Notes under the pieces: model-generated | Seen by the model: the letters and a program-made list of their open reading frames with translations, nothing else | Told to the model about the DNA's origin: nothing | Database searches by the model: none | DNA from: a bacterium | Lineage (GTDB): Bacteria; SM23-31 | Reading direction: 5' to 3' | Assembly: GCA_965249485.1 (NCBI GenBank) | Contig: OZ252239.1 | Span: 1,792,001-1,856,000, forward strand | Length of the DNA stretch: 64,000 nt | Program-made: the position numbers and the translations under genes | Shown here: in pieces, positions 63,944 through 64,000 of the stretch | Numbering within the stretch: position 1 is the stretch's first letter | How the letters are laid out: each line of letters opens with the position of its first letter

Positions 63944-63970
63944 GCTGATCGGGCTGTACGAAGTGCGAAC
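63944..63970 (+). repeat. Cassette repeat core
   Basis: GCTGATCGGGCTGTACGAAGTGCGAAC. Confidence 0.8.
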
Positions 63971-64000
63971 TTTTTCTGTAGCATTGAGCAGAAAGAGGTA

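Noticed and set aside
10126..63970. CRISPR array
   Set aside because: Repeats are 0.2-8 kb apart with whole genes between them, are degenerate, and no cas genes are present.
10126..63970. Classical integron attC sites
   Set aside because: No RYYYAAC/GTTRRRY ends, no long imperfect palindrome, and no intI in the window.

Overview
Bacterial accessory island, probably from an FCB-related lineage (GWxTD protein, QNYPNPFNP-type C-terminal domains). The left ~7 kb is a decayed phage-like segment: an orphan PBSX-type terminase large subunit whose 3' end is duplicated, followed by AT-rich defence-like genes (deaminase-ATPase-wHTH, Ser/Thr kinase, two HEPN-like genes). From ~7.3 kb to the right edge is a long run of mostly minus-strand, mostly secreted enzyme genes: 7 M24-like peptidase paralogues, 2 M28 peptidases, 2 sulfatases, GH28, amidohydrolases, 3 related lipoproteins and 2 DoxX. 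The main unexplained signal is a co-oriented ~45-bp intergenic repeat, consensus TTTTACAAGTATTTTCTGCTCCYCGGGCTGTACGATTTGCGAACC, present in about 25 full or partial copies. It divides the region into 1-3 gene modules. Most copies include the -35 box of a sigma70-type promoter with a 17-bp spacer that drives the next gene, and the distal end resembles the XerC arm plus spacer of a dif site. Shared 5' leaders, swapped signal peptides, mixed base composition and many decaying genes suggest an integron-like but non-attC cassette array; no recombinase is visible in the window, so this remains a hypothesis. Also present are an IS1595 element with passenger genes and three tRNA 3'-end fragments with arm-type repeats (att scars). 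All family assignments come from recognising motifs by eye, without database searches.
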